IMG/VR virus record: IMGVR_UViG_3300023184_000035
Coordinates: 84,134 to 148,133 of that record
Strand: one strand, 5' to 3'
Source of the DNA: a virus
DNA: 64,000 bases
Shown here: positions 18,889 to 30,042 of the stretch, one piece after another
Position numbering within the stretch: position 1 is the stretch's first letter
How the letters are laid out: every line of letters starts with the position of its first letter
Made by a program: the position numbers and the translations under genes
Notes under the pieces: generated by a model
Told to the model about the DNA's origin: nothing
What the model saw: only the letters and a program-made list of their open reading frames with translations
The model's database searches: none

Positions 18889-19427
18889 TGAGTGGCATAA
18901 TGACTGCCGTGGCAGGCAGCAGCAGTGATGCCATACTATATACAGCTGGCTTGTACGGGCCGTTTGGTGCCGATCCATTGCCCATCACTGGCAGTAGCAC
19001 CAGTGCAGGTGGCAGCACAGTAACCATCAACCGTACCTGGATAGGCTATTTGCGTCCAGCGTCAACTGGCACCAATACCTTGACCATACAGTCCTTGTGG
19101 GATCAATACGTAATATATCTTGGCGGCACGTATGCATTTAATTGGGGAGGCAGTCCCAGCAGTATTTCCTATATTTGGGTTGGTGCCCTTGCCGAATCAG
19201 GTTATACTGTATTCAATGCCAATGCTGCATCAAGCAACAACACTGTTACCTATAGTCCCAGTCTCACTGCCGGCAGAAATTATCCTGTGAGGTATCAATG
19301 GGCCGCCACGTTGCCATATAGTGCCTTTGCATACGCTGGTGCGTATCCAGGATACACCACAGGCAGTTGCAGTTTCAGTGCAAGCAACGGAACAGCCTAC
19401 TACAATGCCTTGACCAATGGCTTCTAA
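18888..19427 (+). CDS. Putative virion protein
   Basis: Ser/Thr/Gly/aromatic-rich, coupled to fibre gene. Confidence 0.65.
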   Translation: MSGIMTAVAGSSSDAILYTAGLYGPFGADPLPITGSSTSAGGSTVTINRTWIGYLRPASTGTNTLTIQSLWDQYVIYLGGTYAFNWGGSPSSISYIWVGALAESGYTVFNANAASSNNTVTYSPSLTAGRNYPVRYQWAATLPYSAFAYAGAYPGYTTGSCSFSASNGTAYYNALTNGF

Positions 19428-19462
19428 CACTACAATAAATATGTCAAAGGCACAATAAACAC

Positions 19463-22400
19463 ATGGCACAACCTGTATGGATCACACCAGCTGGCAACTT
19501 GGGAATTATTCCTGAGGGCATATTCTATCAACAGACCTTGTCAGCCTACGACCCTGATCCTGCACCAGGCACAGAGTTGTATTATCAAGTGATTGCAGGT
19601 GTATTGCCTGGTGGTGTGCAGTGCAGTTTGTCAGGCTTGATTGCTGGTGTTCCGCAGGCACTGGCCAGTGTGGAAGGCGTACCATATCCGGTTAATCGCA
19701 ACGTCACCAGCAAATTTACAGTTCGTGCCTATACGTTTGATGAAGCCACTGGCCGAGTACTACGCATTGCTGACCGAACATTCAACCTTACTGTGTCGGG
19801 TAACAACACTCCTGAGTTTATTGCGCCAGCTGGCAGCTTTGCCACAAACAATTCAGCCACATTTGTGGCAGCAATTTCAGGATATGAACTCACTGTAACG
19901 TCAGTTTCAGCAGGTGCGCTGTACTTGGGCATGGTCATACGAGGCGCCGGTGTCGCACAGGGCACAACAATCACAGCGTTTGGAACAGGTACCAGCGGAG
20001 CAGGAACATATACTGTGGACATCAGCCAGACCAATGCTGGTACGGACATGACTGGTTGGATTGGCGTATACTATGATGGCGACCATGTAGATTTACAATT
20101 TGAATACACCAATGTAGATCCAAATGAAACTGTGACTATTCGTGTTGTAGGAGGACAAATTCCTCCAGGCTTGACCTTGAGCTCAACAGGATTGCTTAGT
20201 GGTTACATTGAGCCAGCTATTAATGTTACTGAACAATCAGGTTATGATTTGACCCCTGCAAGCACTCTGCCATTTGACTTTGTAGTTTCTGCCATCAGCA
20301 AGAATTATCAATTTACACTGGAAGCCAGTGATGGAAAAAGCAGTACATTAAGAACATTCACAATATACGTGTATAATCGCAGTGATAATACTGCGGATAC
20401 CACAACTATCACAGCCGACAACACCTTTGTCACAGCCGATCAAGGCACAGATCGTAACCCATTCTTGGTCAATGCCTTTCCATCAAATCTTGGCAGCATA
20501 CGTGCTGACAACTATTTTGCGTATCAATTCCGGGGCAACGATTACGACACAGTGGATCTCACGTATTCAATCTCAGTAAATGAAGGTATTGGACTACCAC
20601 CTGGGCTAGTGCTGGATGCCACATCAGGTTGGTACTATGGGTATGTACCCAATCAGGGCTTGACTGAAATTACCTACAGTTTTAATATACAAGTCAGTCA
20701 AACTGACGATCCTACTATTGCCAGTCAGTTATATCCGTTTACTATAACTGTGACAGGTGTGAGTGATGATGAGGTCACTTGGCTCACTCCCGCAGATCTT
20801 GGCAGCATTGAAAACGGTTCCACAAGTTTGCTCAATATTGAAGCCATTAACAATGGTGGCCGTGAACTAAGTTACAGACTGGAAAGTGGTGGATACAACC
20901 AATTACCACAAGGGTTGACCTTGTTAGAGACTGGTGAGATTGCTGGCCGATGTACTTTTAACACCTTTAGCGTTGACTTGGGATTTACAACATTTGACAA
21001 GAGTCAGAGTGTGGCGTCGGGCATTCAAGAAACCACGTTTGACAGCACTTTTGTGTTTACGGTAAATGCATTTGCCAAAGATCCCAGTCAGTTTTTGTAC
21101 ACAGTGGGCGGTGTAAACATCATCAGTGGTGGTACAGGTTACAGCAGTGTAACACCACCCACAGTTGAATTCAGCCTGCCTGTTGGTAGTACAGCCGTGC
21201 AAGCAGTGGCCGGCACAGTAGAAGTCACTGGTGGAGCCATTACAAATATTCCTCTTGTGACAGGTGGTGCAAGCTACACTGAACCTGCTACAATAACCAT
21301 TACTCAAGGATTTGGTGGCACAGGAGCCATACTTGAATCAGAAATGTTTCGCACCGGCAACCGTGATGTTATCTCGGTGTTTAAAACATTCACCCTACGA
21401 GTTGTAAGAGCCTACAACTATCCCTATCAAAACTTGTTCTGTGTGGCCATGCCGCCTCCTAATGATCGTGTGATATTAAACGAGCTGTTAGACGATCCAG
21501 TAATTTTTGATCCCACATATATCTACAGACCTGATGATCCTAACTTTGGGGTAGCCACACAAGTAGAATACGCACATGTTTATGGACTTGCACCAGATAC
21601 CACAGACACCTACGTGGCCAGTTTGTATCTCAATCACTATTGGAAAAATCTTGTACTGGGATCAATAAAGACCGCACAGGCCTTGGATGCGGATGGCAAC
21701 ATCATATACGAAGTTGTATACAGTAGTATTATTGACAATTTGGTAAATGCCGCTGGGGCTAGTGTGTCCAAGATTGTGAATTTGCCATACACCATTATTG
21801 ACCCACTAGATGGAAGTACACAGATCACTCAGGTATACCCCAACAGTCTTGTGAACATGAGAGATCAAGTTATTGATGTTGTGGGGCAAATTTCAAGTAA
21901 ATTACCACTGTGGATGACCTCAAAACAAACCAATGGTAGTGTGTTGGGATTCACACCTGCTTGGGTTATTTGTTACGCCAATCCTGGTAGAGGCAAGCAA
22001 ATTGCCTACTATATACAAGAATATTTTGGTCAGCAGTTAAACTTGATTGATTTCAAGGTTGACCGATATGTCATGGATCGTACACTGAGCAAAAACTGGA
22101 ACCCAGCGACACAAAGTTGGACTCCCAAGGGCAGCCTCACTACATTTGACTTTTACAACACCACGGGTTATGTGAATCTTGGCACTGTGGAGTGTGCTAC
22201 AAACTTGGCCTACGATGATATTAACTATAGAACTATAGATGAAATAAATGCCTTGGGTGGTATTGATGGCCTAACTTGGATTGCAGTAAGTGGTCAAGCG
22301 CCGCCATCGGGCACCAAGGTTGTGATACGAAATGGTAGTAAGTTGATATTTGTCAATCAAGAAAACTACGGCAACTACAATAGTGTAGATGATGCCTGGC

Positions 22401-23080
22401 AGCAATATACCACAACATATGACGCAGTGGGATTTAGTCCTGAAGTAGCAGGTGAAAATTTTGACGAGAGCTACACAATTTCTGGCGGGCAAACAGTACA
22501 GTGTACTGTTACCACAGCTGCCACTGATCGAATCACCTGTACCAGCACCACCGGCATGGTAGCAGGAGATACCATATGGTTTACTAGCACTACATTTGGT
22601 GATGTCACTGCCTTCAACAACAACAACCAAATCTACTACATCTACGACGTGCCCAACAGCACTCAGTTTAGAATTGCAGAAACAGTGGATGCAACATCAC
22701 CATTGGCTCTCAGTAATGACTCTGGTGACATGACTGCCAACTGGGGCGATTATAGAATGGGCATTTGGGAAGTCAGCATTGGCGGTGTGGACAACAACAT
22801 TGTCACACTGTCACTGTTGCAACAAACTGCACCCAATGATTATCTAAGAGTCACTCAAGGTGAAACTTACAACACTGCCCAGTTGTATAGACCCACCACA
22901 CCAGGACCTGCACTGACCTTGATCAATTGGCAACCATTGATCACTGCTGTGACAGTAATTGGCAATGAAACCACATTCGACCAGGCCAGCATGCAGTTTA
23001 TTGCGCCTGTTGATATGTACGATACCAGCGATGCGCTGGATAAATATCTCGTATTCCCCAAGAGCGATATTTTGGTGTAA
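19463..23080 (+). CDS. Large virion structural protein with Ig-like repeats
   Basis: Repeated P.W.TPAG.LG / G.LPPGL.L…G.I.G motifs; 1205 aa. Confidence 0.8.
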   Translation: MAQPVWITPAGNLGIIPEGIFYQQTLSAYDPDPAPGTELYYQVIAGVLPGGVQCSLSGLIAGVPQALASVEGVPYPVNRNVTSKFTVRAYTFDEATGRVLRIADRTFNLTVSGNNTPEFIAPAGSFATNNSATFVAAISGYELTVTSVSAGALYLGMVIRGAGVAQGTTITAFGTGTSGAGTYTVDISQTNAGTDMTGWIGVYYDGDHVDLQFEYTNVDPNETVTIRVVGGQIPPGLTLSSTGLLSGYIEPAINVTEQSGYDLTPASTLPFDFVVSAISKNYQFTLEASDGKSSTLRTFTIYVYNRSDNTADTTTITADNTFVTADQGTDRNPFLVNAFPSNLGSIRADNYFAYQFRGNDYDTVDLTYSISVNEGIGLPPGLVLDATSGWYYGYVPNQGLTEITYSFNIQVSQTDDPTIASQLYPFTITVTGVSDDEVTWLTPADLGSIENGSTSLLNIEAINNGGRELSYRLESGGYNQLPQGLTLLETGEIAGRCTFNTFSVDLGFTTFDKSQSVASGIQETTFDSTFVFTVNAFAKDPSQFLYTVGGVNIISGGTGYSSVTPPTVEFSLPVGSTAVQAVAGTVEVTGGAITNIPLVTGGASYTEPATITITQGFGGTGAILESEMFRTGNRDVISVFKTFTLRVVRAYNYPYQNLFCVAMPPPNDRVILNELLDDPVIFDPTYIYRPDDPNFGVATQVEYAHVYGLAPDTTDTYVASLYLNHYWKNLVLGSIKTAQALDADGNIIYEVVYSSIIDNLVNAAGASVSKIVNLPYTIIDPLDGSTQITQVYPNSLVNMRDQVIDVVGQISSKLPLWMTSKQTNGSVLGFTPAWVICYANPGRGKQIAYYIQEYFGQQLNLIDFKVDRYVMDRTLSKNWNPATQSWTPKGSLTTFDFYNTTGYVNLGTVECATNLAYDDINYRTIDEINALGGIDGLTWIAVSGQAPPSGTKVVIRNGSKLIFVNQENYGNYNSVDDAWQQYTTTYDAVGFSPEVAGENFDESYTISGGQTVQCTVTTAATDRITCTSTTGMVAGDTIWFTSTTFGDVTAFNNNNQIYYIYDVPNSTQFRIAETVDATSPLALSNDSGDMTANWGDYRMGIWEVSIGGVDNNIVTLSLLQQTAPNDYLRVTQGETYNTAQLYRPTTPGPALTLINWQPLITAVTVIGNETTFDQASMQFIAPVDMYDTSDALDKYLVFPKSDILV

Positions 23081-23092
23081 CAAGGACAACAC

Positions 23093-24592
23093 ATGACCAG
23101 CAGTATTAACCCAAACACAATTGACGGCACTTATCCAATTGCCGGACAAGACAACAATTCACAAGGTTTCCGTGACAACTTCACACAGACCAAAGTTAAT
23201 TTTACCTATGCGGCCCAAGAAATTGACGACTTGCAAGCCAAAGCAGTGCTCAAAGCAGCTCTGACTGGTACCGTGCTGGACAACAACATGGCGGACAATT
23301 TGATCTATGCTGCCAAGATACAGGATTTTTCAGCTGTCAAAGTTGCTGTTACCCCCACAGGTGGTGTGCTGACAATGAATTATGCATCAGCACACTATCA
23401 AAGTTACAGTACTGCCAGTGCCGGTAGCATCACCCTGGCGTTCTCTAATTTCCCACCTGCAGGTGCATATGGGTACATGAAATTGCAAATCACCGTGACC
23501 GACATAACTTACACATTGACTTTGCCTTCTTCAGTCAGTTTGGGTATTTCGGGAATTCAAGGTATTAGCCCAGGCACAGCCGGCGTCACAAATACCATTA
23601 CATTTGGTGCCACAGGAGTTTATGAATTTGGATTTGGCAGTTATGATGGCGGCAGCACCATTACTATATTTGACTTGAACCGTGCGTTGACAAACTTCAC
23701 CGGGGCCAATATCGCCACAGTCAACGTTACTGCTTCAGGTTATGTCAGTGCCACAGGCAACGTGCAAGGTGGTAACATTCGATCAGTAGGCTTGGTCAGC
23801 ATAACCGGCAACATCAGTGGTGGCAATGTCAACACAGTGATTGTTAGTGCCACAGGCAACGTGCAAGCCGGTAACCTTCGTACCGGTGGATTGATCAGTG
23901 CAACTGGCAACGTCACTGGCGGTAACATCGTTGGATTCTCAAGACCCAGTACAGGTACTGCAACTGTTCCTGCAATTTTGTTGACATCTGGCACCAATCT
24001 GACCACTGCCGCAGCCGGCGCCATGGAATATGATGGTACTGTGATGTATGGTACTCCCAGTGCCAGCAATCGTGGTGTACTCAACACAGCACATGTTATT
24101 GTGTTAGCTTCTAACAATACCATAACTGACAATGCTAGTGCTCAAGCAGTATTCAACGTTGGTACTGGTGGATTAGGCACCATTACATTACCAGCCAGTA
24201 CCTCCTACATCATGGAAGCAGTGTATTACCTCACTCGAAGTGTGGGCACAAACAGCCACACATTGAGCACACTGTTTGCTATTGGGGGTTCATTGACCAG
24301 TATTGCTTATGTGGCTGAGACCACCAGTACCACTGGCAACGTTCTGGGTGCAGTCAGTAGAATATATGGTACAGCAGCCACAGCTCTTGCTGTGACCGCA
24401 GCTAGTAGTTCAGCTACAGAGAACATCACTGTTGTGATTCGCGGCATTGTACGCACCAATGCAGCCGGAACGTTTACTCCGCAGATCAAATATGATGTTG
24501 CACCCGGTGGTGCTCCTATAGTATTGGCCAACAGTTATTTCAAATTGATCCCAATTGGCAATAACTCCGTGACTTTTGTGGGCAACTGGTAA
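23093..24592 (+). CDS. Virion structural/fibre protein
   Basis: ID.TYPIAGQDN.SQGFRDNF N-terminus; SATGNV.GGN repeats. Confidence 0.8.
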   Translation: MTSSINPNTIDGTYPIAGQDNNSQGFRDNFTQTKVNFTYAAQEIDDLQAKAVLKAALTGTVLDNNMADNLIYAAKIQDFSAVKVAVTPTGGVLTMNYASAHYQSYSTASAGSITLAFSNFPPAGAYGYMKLQITVTDITYTLTLPSSVSLGISGIQGISPGTAGVTNTITFGATGVYEFGFGSYDGGSTITIFDLNRALTNFTGANIATVNVTASGYVSATGNVQGGNIRSVGLVSITGNISGGNVNTVIVSATGNVQAGNLRTGGLISATGNVTGGNIVGFSRPSTGTATVPAILLTSGTNLTTAAAGAMEYDGTVMYGTPSASNRGVLNTAHVIVLASNNTITDNASAQAVFNVGTGGLGTITLPASTSYIMEAVYYLTRSVGTNSHTLSTLFAIGGSLTSIAYVAETTSTTGNVLGAVSRIYGTAATALAVTAASSSATENITVVIRGIVRTNAAGTFTPQIKYDVAPGGAPIVLANSYFKLIPIGNNSVTFVGNW

Positions 24593-24602
24593 TCCAAACT
24601 CG

Positions 24603-24632
24603 TTGACTTTGTTCAGCGGATCGCGCTATAAT
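24603..24632 (+). promoter_or_regulatory. sigma70-type promoter (likely leaderless)
   Basis: TTGACT-N18-TATAAT; ATG 5 nt after the -10. Confidence 0.7.
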
Positions 24633-24637
24633 ATACT

Positions 24638-24874
24638 ATGGAACATCCGCTGATAGGCTCACTTGAAGAACAAACGCTAGAAGAACTTGGCGCCAAAATC
24701 AATGAACTAGGCAAAAAATTGGGCATTGCTGCCCGCACAGGAAATGGACATTTGTGTAATCAAATACGCATGGCCATGGAAAACTATCAAAACATGTATC
24801 AAACCCGGTTGCAAGAGAGTTATAAAAAGGCTCAAGGCGACTCAAACTTCGACGACAAGATAAACATCCAATGA
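24638..24874 (+). CDS. Hypothetical protein
   Basis: Helical 78-aa ORF downstream of promoter. Confidence 0.75.
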   Translation: MEHPLIGSLEEQTLEELGAKINELGKKLGIAARTGNGHLCNQIRMAMENYQNMYQTRLQESYKKAQGDSNFDDKINIQ

Positions 24875-25473
24875 ACGTTAGATTACAATATGACATGGAT
24901 TTCCTTGCAGGAATCTACTACGACGAGCGACTGCAATTAAACAGTTACTCCATCAGCATGAGTTTGTTGACCAAGACCACAGATGCACTCAACACCAATA
25001 TTGCCATGGACCGACTCAAAATGTTTATGCATGGCGAATTGGCCAATACTGTGTTCGTCAATCAAGCACTGCAAGAACGTGCAGAAATGTTGCAAATCAT
25101 GGGTGTGAATGTGACAACCCTGCCCGAAGAACCAGTAGACCAAATCGTGGGCATGATGTTATACTACAAGCTCAATGCCATCATGGAAGGACGCATGAGT
25201 GTGACCCGACTGGATCTCATGAGTGCATTGGGCGACAGTGTTTGGTACCAGCATGATGCTGAGGAAGACTCACCGGGCCCATTCAGAGCCGAAGGTTGGT
25301 GGCATGAACCCAGTGTGCAGCATGACACTGTGGTTCAGGGAGATGCAGGAGACAATGTGGTCAAAGTTGTGCCCAACGCTTGGATTGAATACGGACTGAC
25401 CTGGCCCGAAAACACACCTGAACCCACTGCCAACACTGTGGTGTTTGCCAATTTCACAAAAAATGAAGACTAA
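24871..25473 (+). CDS. Hypothetical protein
   Basis: 200-aa ORF, ATGA overlap. Confidence 0.75.
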   Translation: MNVRLQYDMDFLAGIYYDERLQLNSYSISMSLLTKTTDALNTNIAMDRLKMFMHGELANTVFVNQALQERAEMLQIMGVNVTTLPEEPVDQIVGMMLYYKLNAIMEGRMSVTRLDLMSALGDSVWYQHDAEEDSPGPFRAEGWWHEPSVQHDTVVQGDAGDNVVKVVPNAWIEYGLTWPENTPEPTANTVVFANFTKNED

Positions 25474-25975
25474 TCAATACGGCGAAATTATATATGACGA
25501 GAGTGATCTTGTGAACATGGTCATGAGCGGTGCCACCATAGAGTGCTTGCAAGGCATGCTGGTTGAGCCAGGTGTGAATTTAGAAACAGCGTCGGCATAC
25601 CTAGAACAAGTTCCTGAACTGGTTGAGTATGCATTCACAGACATGACTGTGGAAGAGTTTGATCAAATGAAACAAAACTCCTGGCACATGCCTGACGAGT
25701 ATAAAAATTTAGACATTGCTGAATACATTTTGAGTCTGTGTGATTCAGACGCTCGACTGCAACGATGCGGTGAAGAACTGTTGCTGTTCCAAGAACGCAA
25801 CTTGTTTGATCTGTTGCGTTATCTCAAATATCTTGTGGACACATTAAAATCCAACCGCATGATTTGGGGTGTAGGACGTGGCAGTTCAGTGGCCAGTTAC
25901 GTGTTGTATCTCTTGGGTGTGCATAGAATTGATTCAATGTTCTATGATTTAGATGCTCGTGAGTTCCTGCGTTAA
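25463..25975 (+). CDS. Stand-alone DNA polymerase III alpha (DnaE)-like fragment
   Basis: R..EEL…WGVGRGSSVASYVLYLLGVHRID…YDL…EFLR matches DnaE GRGS region; ends before the PDID catalytic motif. Confidence 0.8.
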   Translation: MKTNQYGEIIYDESDLVNMVMSGATIECLQGMLVEPGVNLETASAYLEQVPELVEYAFTDMTVEEFDQMKQNSWHMPDEYKNLDIAEYILSLCDSDARLQRCGEELLLFQERNLFDLLRYLKYLVDTLKSNRMIWGVGRGSSVASYVLYLLGVHRIDSMFYDLDAREFLR

Positions 25976-25997
25976 ATAAAATTTTAGGAGTAAGACA

Positions 25998-26225
25998 ATG
26001 ACCAAAGACGTTTATAAAAGTGCTAGAGGCAAAGCAGTTGACATGGGCGCACTGCGTTTGAAAAACGAAAAAGAACGTGCAGTGGGCAACATGAAGGTCA
26101 ACGCTCGCGGCGATGCTGTAGATGACAAAAATGTTCCAGTACACAGCCGACCACAACAGGTGCACAAACAATATCAACAACAGGTTCAGGCAAAAACCGC
26201 CAGCCACAAATGGGATCTAGATTAA
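25998..26225 (+). CDS. Hypothetical protein
   Basis: TAGGAG RBS; AVGNMKVNARGD motif. Confidence 0.75.
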   Translation: MTKDVYKSARGKAVDMGALRLKNEKERAVGNMKVNARGDAVDDKNVPVHSRPQQVHKQYQQQVQAKTASHKWDLD

Positions 26226-26608
26226 TGAAGGCAGCATATTCAGCACACCAAATCACACGTGAAAAATTTCACGCACTCAATGATTCAGTCATAGTAGAAG
26301 ACATGGAATTTGATGTCAGGATCACACAAACTGGTCTTATCTTGCCCAGTGACAACGGCAAGAGTTCAGGCATTCGTCCACGTTGGGGTCGGGTGTATGC
26401 TGTTGGTCCCGAGCAAACAGATGTGCGTGTGGGCGAGTGGGTGTGTGTGGCACATGGACGTTGGACCCGCGGTATTGACATTGAAGATGGTGATGTCAAA
26501 CGCACCATCCGCAAAATTGATCCCAAAGACATCTTGATCTCAGCAGATGAACGTCCCAATGACCTCACATTTTCAGACGCTATTCATGTGGAAAAGAAAG
26601 AATGGTGA
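26225..26608 (+). CDS. Co-chaperonin GroES-like protein
   Basis: L.D.VIV…T.TGLILP…G.V.AVGP…V.VG..V. Confidence 0.8.
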   Translation: MKAAYSAHQITREKFHALNDSVIVEDMEFDVRITQTGLILPSDNGKSSGIRPRWGRVYAVGPEQTDVRVGEWVCVAHGRWTRGIDIEDGDVKRTIRKIDPKDILISADERPNDLTFSDAIHVEKKEW

Positions 26609-26835
26609 TCCGGACCTGGAACGCAGATACCATTATTGGTCAACTTCAACAATGTTATTTTGCTGTTAATGATCCCCACCTAGACGGTTTTACCGGATGG
26701 CATTGCAAAAAAGACTTGCTTCGTGTAAAATTAGCACTGGACGACATGTTAGAAAAGTCCCCAACCTTTGCTGGTGAGCAAGAATGGTTACTAGAGCAAG
26801 AACAAGACAAGATGTGGAAGGTATTAAAATCATGA
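26602..26835 (+). CDS. Hypothetical protein
   Basis: ORF in operon. Confidence 0.7.
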   Translation: MVIRTWNADTIIGQLQQCYFAVNDPHLDGFTGWHCKKDLLRVKLALDDMLEKSPTFAGEQEWLLEQEQDKMWKVLKS

Positions 26836-27002
26836 TAGAAATTCAACCCAAAGACCCAAGTCGTAGACATTTCTACGCAAGTATGATCAAGAGCATTGTG
26901 AGATTGGGTGCGTGTGCAGCACTGTACACCGGCGACTATGCCACAGCAGCCATCATGCTGTTCACTGCTGAAATGATTGGTATTGCTGAGGAACTGGTGT
27001 GA
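26832..27002 (+). CDS. Small membrane-associated hypothetical protein
   Basis: ATGA overlap; hydrophobic C half ending GIAEELV. Confidence 0.65.
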   Translation: MIEIQPKDPSRRHFYASMIKSIVRLGACAALYTGDYATAAIMLFTAEMIGIAEELV

Positions 27003-27199
27003 ACATCCGTTGTGAAAAGTGTGATGCTGAGTTTGAATGCGGCGCCCACACTGGACACTGCTGGTGCTTTGGCTTGGATCACATTACTCCTGACAATCGA
27101 GGCACAAACTGTTTGTGCCAATCCTGTTTGCAACAACTAATAGACAAAAAAAATGAAAGAACTCTGGACCGAAAAGTACCGCCCGACTACACTATCTGA
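26999..27199 (+). CDS. Cysteine-rich CWC-family protein
   Basis: C..C…F.CG…CWC…CLC..CL. Confidence 0.75.
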   Translation: MNIRCEKCDAEFECGAHTGHCWCFGLDHITPDNRGTNCLCQSCLQQLIDKKNERTLDRKVPPDYTI

Positions 27200-28076
27200 T
27201 TATGTGTTTCGAGATCAAGCACAGCGAGAGCAAGTAGAAAGTTGGGTCCGGTCGGGTGCTATTCCGCACTTGCTTTTTAGCGGATCACCTGGCGTGGGCA
27301 AGACCACCTTGGCCAAGATCTTGATCAACGAACTGGGCATTGACCCATTTGATGTGATGGAAATCAATGCGTCAAGAGAAAACAACATTGATACCATTCG
27401 AGCCAAGATCACAGGCTTTGTTCAAACCATGCCATTCGGCGATTTCAAGATTGTGCTATTAGATGAAGCTGACTATATTACCCCAAATGGACAAGCGGCT
27501 CTACGTGGAGTCATGGAAACTTATGCGTCAACTGCTAGGTTTGTTCTTACTTGTAACTACCCCAATCGTGTTATCCCTGCTTTGCACAGCCGTTGCCAAG
27601 GCTTTCATATCGAGCGTGTGGATGTAACAGAATTCACTGCCAGAATGGCCACCATACTGGTGACAGAGAGTGTGGATTTTGACTTAGACACACTAGACAG
27701 TTATGTCAAGGCCACTTATCCAGATCTGCGAAAATGTATCAACCTGTGCCAAATGAACACCGTGGAAGGTCGACTCAGTGCGCCACACGGAGACGAAGGT
27801 GGTGCAACATCTGACTATTTGTTGGCGGCTGTGGACTTGTTCAAACGTGGCAAACTGCGTGAAGCACGTACCTTGCTGTGTCAAAATGTGCGCAGTGAGG
27901 ACATGGAAGCCTTGTTCCGTTGGATGTACGACAACTTGGACTTGTGGGGCACCACTCCAGAACATCAAGACCAAGCCATTGTGATCATACGCAACGGGGC
28001 TGCCAACAACAGTCTTGTGGCAGATCACGAAATTAACCTGAGTGCCACCATAGTTGAACTCTGTCAAATCTCTTGA
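27153..28076 (+). CDS. Clamp loader subunit (RFC/T4 gp44-like AAA+)
   Basis: LWTEKYRP, GSPGVGKT, LDEAD, SRC motifs. Confidence 0.93.
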   Translation: MKELWTEKYRPTTLSDYVFRDQAQREQVESWVRSGAIPHLLFSGSPGVGKTTLAKILINELGIDPFDVMEINASRENNIDTIRAKITGFVQTMPFGDFKIVLLDEADYITPNGQAALRGVMETYASTARFVLTCNYPNRVIPALHSRCQGFHIERVDVTEFTARMATILVTESVDFDLDTLDSYVKATYPDLRKCINLCQMNTVEGRLSAPHGDEGGATSDYLLAAVDLFKRGKLREARTLLCQNVRSEDMEALFRWMYDNLDLWGTTPEHQDQAIVIIRNGAANNSLVADHEINLSATIVELCQIS

Positions 28077-29199
28077 GCCAGTAGTAGATCCCAACAACAG
28101 AATTAGTTTTTTGTTGGATTGGGAACTCACATTAAAATGCAACTTAGATTGCAGTTATTGTGCTAGTGGCGTGGATTTTTTTCATGATAATTCAACCAGT
28201 CACCCACCACTGGCAGAGTGTTTAAAAACTGTAGATTTTATGTTTGAGTATGCGGACATGTATATGTCAACTAAACCTAAATCATTGCGTCAGGTTATAC
28301 TCAATGTGTATGGTGGAGAGAGCCTGCATCATCCAGATATAGTGCCTATATTAGAGCAGGTGCATGCACGTTACAAGCAATATCGTGATCGATGGAACCT
28401 CACCATTACCACAACAACAAATGCTGTTGTTAGTGACAAAAAATTTGCAAAAATTATTCCGTTGATTGACGAATTTACCACAAGTTACCATACTCAAGCC
28501 ACAGACAAACAAAAACAACAATTCAAAAAAAACTTGTTGGCTATCAAGGCTGCAGGACGCAGGTTAAAATGCATTTTGTTGATGCACCCTGAGCCTGACC
28601 TGTTTGCGGATGCAAATTCCATGATGGCCTGGCTAAACACCAATGATATTCGATACCTGCCCAGGGCGTTGGACCATATTAAAGATCAGGTTGAATTCAA
28701 CTACAAGACCACACAAGTTGTATGGTTTAAAAATTTATACAAAAATAAAAGTTTTAATTCCGCAAATCAATTACCTGAACTAACACAAGACACAGACAAC
28801 AATACTGACTTGTCTGATTCAGGACGAGCTTGTTGTGGTGGAAGACAACTGCATCAAGATCAAAATTACAAAACCAGAGATTTTTTTGTTGCGAACCGAT
28901 TTCCTGATTGGCATTGTAGTGTAAATCATTTCTTCTTGTATATCAAACAATACACTGGTGATGTTTTTGTGAACAAAGATTGTAAAATGAATTACAATGG
29001 CTCCGTGGGCCCAATTGGAAATTTAAAACAAGCTGATCAATTACTGACTGAAACAAAGAATTACGTTGATACTGATACCATGCCAGTTATACAGTGTAAA
29101 AAATTACAATGTTTTTGTGGACTGTGTGCGCCAAAAGCTGCCAGTAGAAGCGAGTATGACATAATTATTAACAAATATTTTACAAAGAAAACATCATGA
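28054..29199 (+). CDS. Radical SAM protein
   Basis: CNLDCSYC, GGE motif, C-terminal Cys cluster (C…CFCGLC). Confidence 0.88.
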   Translation: MNSVKSLEPVVDPNNRISFLLDWELTLKCNLDCSYCASGVDFFHDNSTSHPPLAECLKTVDFMFEYADMYMSTKPKSLRQVILNVYGGESLHHPDIVPILEQVHARYKQYRDRWNLTITTTTNAVVSDKKFAKIIPLIDEFTTSYHTQATDKQKQQFKKNLLAIKAAGRRLKCILLMHPEPDLFADANSMMAWLNTNDIRYLPRALDHIKDQVEFNYKTTQVVWFKNLYKNKSFNSANQLPELTQDTDNNTDLSDSGRACCGGRQLHQDQNYKTRDFFVANRFPDWHCSVNHFFLYIKQYTGDVFVNKDCKMNYNGSVGPIGNLKQADQLLTETKNYVDTDTMPVIQCKKLQCFCGLCAPKAASRSEYDIIINKYFTKKTS

Positions 29200-29486
29200 G
29201 ATACTTATTGCTAACCTACTACACCAAACCTGATGGCAAAATTGACGAAGTCATGGCTGTGGCTAAAAATTTGAAACAGCGCGACCATCAAACTTGCAAT
29301 GTTATACTTGACTTTAAAACCCTGAGTGTGTTAAAATGCAGCATGGGCGGAACACAAGTACCAAGAGATTTTGATAGAATCACAGCATACTATCATCAAC
29401 ACTATGCCTCAACAATAGAACGATTATTCAAAGAGAACGGATACGAAGTTGAAGTCAACACACAAAAAGAACCTGATCCTGGTTGA
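29196..29486 (+). CDS. Hypothetical protein
   Basis: ORF, ATGA overlap. Confidence 0.7.
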   Translation: MRYLLLTYYTKPDGKIDEVMAVAKNLKQRDHQTCNVILDFKTLSVLKCSMGGTQVPRDFDRITAYYHQHYASTIERLFKENGYEVEVNTQKEPDPG

Positions 29487-30042
29487 TGCTGATGGCGTAC
29501 TTTTGGATTGGGAATACGCATTCTCAATCTGGATGGAAGAACACGGATTTGCCAAACGCGACGGACACCAATTTGAATACGATATTGGCAACAGATATGG
29601 CATAGATCGGGAACAAGGCAAAAAACTGATCAAGATGTTCAACGAATCGGCTGCAATTGGATTCTTGCCACCGCTACGTGATGCCATGTACTACGTGAAA
29701 CGCCTGCACGAAGAACACGGCTATGTATTTCACTGCATCACCAGCTTGAGCACTGATGTCAACGCTGGCCGACTGAGAGAAATGAACTTGCGCAAACTGT
29801 TTGGCAAGACTGCGTTTGAAGGAGTGACTTGTTTGGCCACTGGTGCCGACAAAGACTCAGCCTTGGAACCTTATGCTGGGTCCTATCTCTACTGGGTTGA
29901 GGACAAGCCAGAAAATGCTGACCTAGGCCACCGCATGGGCCTCAGGAGCATACTAATGGAACACGGGCACAACATGCATCATGAGTGCCCGTATCCGGTG
30001 GTTAAAAATTGGCGGGAAATCTACGAAATTATCACCTCCTAA
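29449..30042 (+). CDS. HAD-superfamily 5'(3')-nucleotidase-like protein
   Basis: DADGVLLD motif I; WVEDK motif. Confidence 0.85.
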   Translation: MKSTHKKNLILVDADGVLLDWEYAFSIWMEEHGFAKRDGHQFEYDIGNRYGIDREQGKKLIKMFNESAAIGFLPPLRDAMYYVKRLHEEHGYVFHCITSLSTDVNAGRLREMNLRKLFGKTAFEGVTCLATGADKDSALEPYAGSYLYWVEDKPENADLGHRMGLRSILMEHGHNMHHECPYPVVKNWREIYEIITS

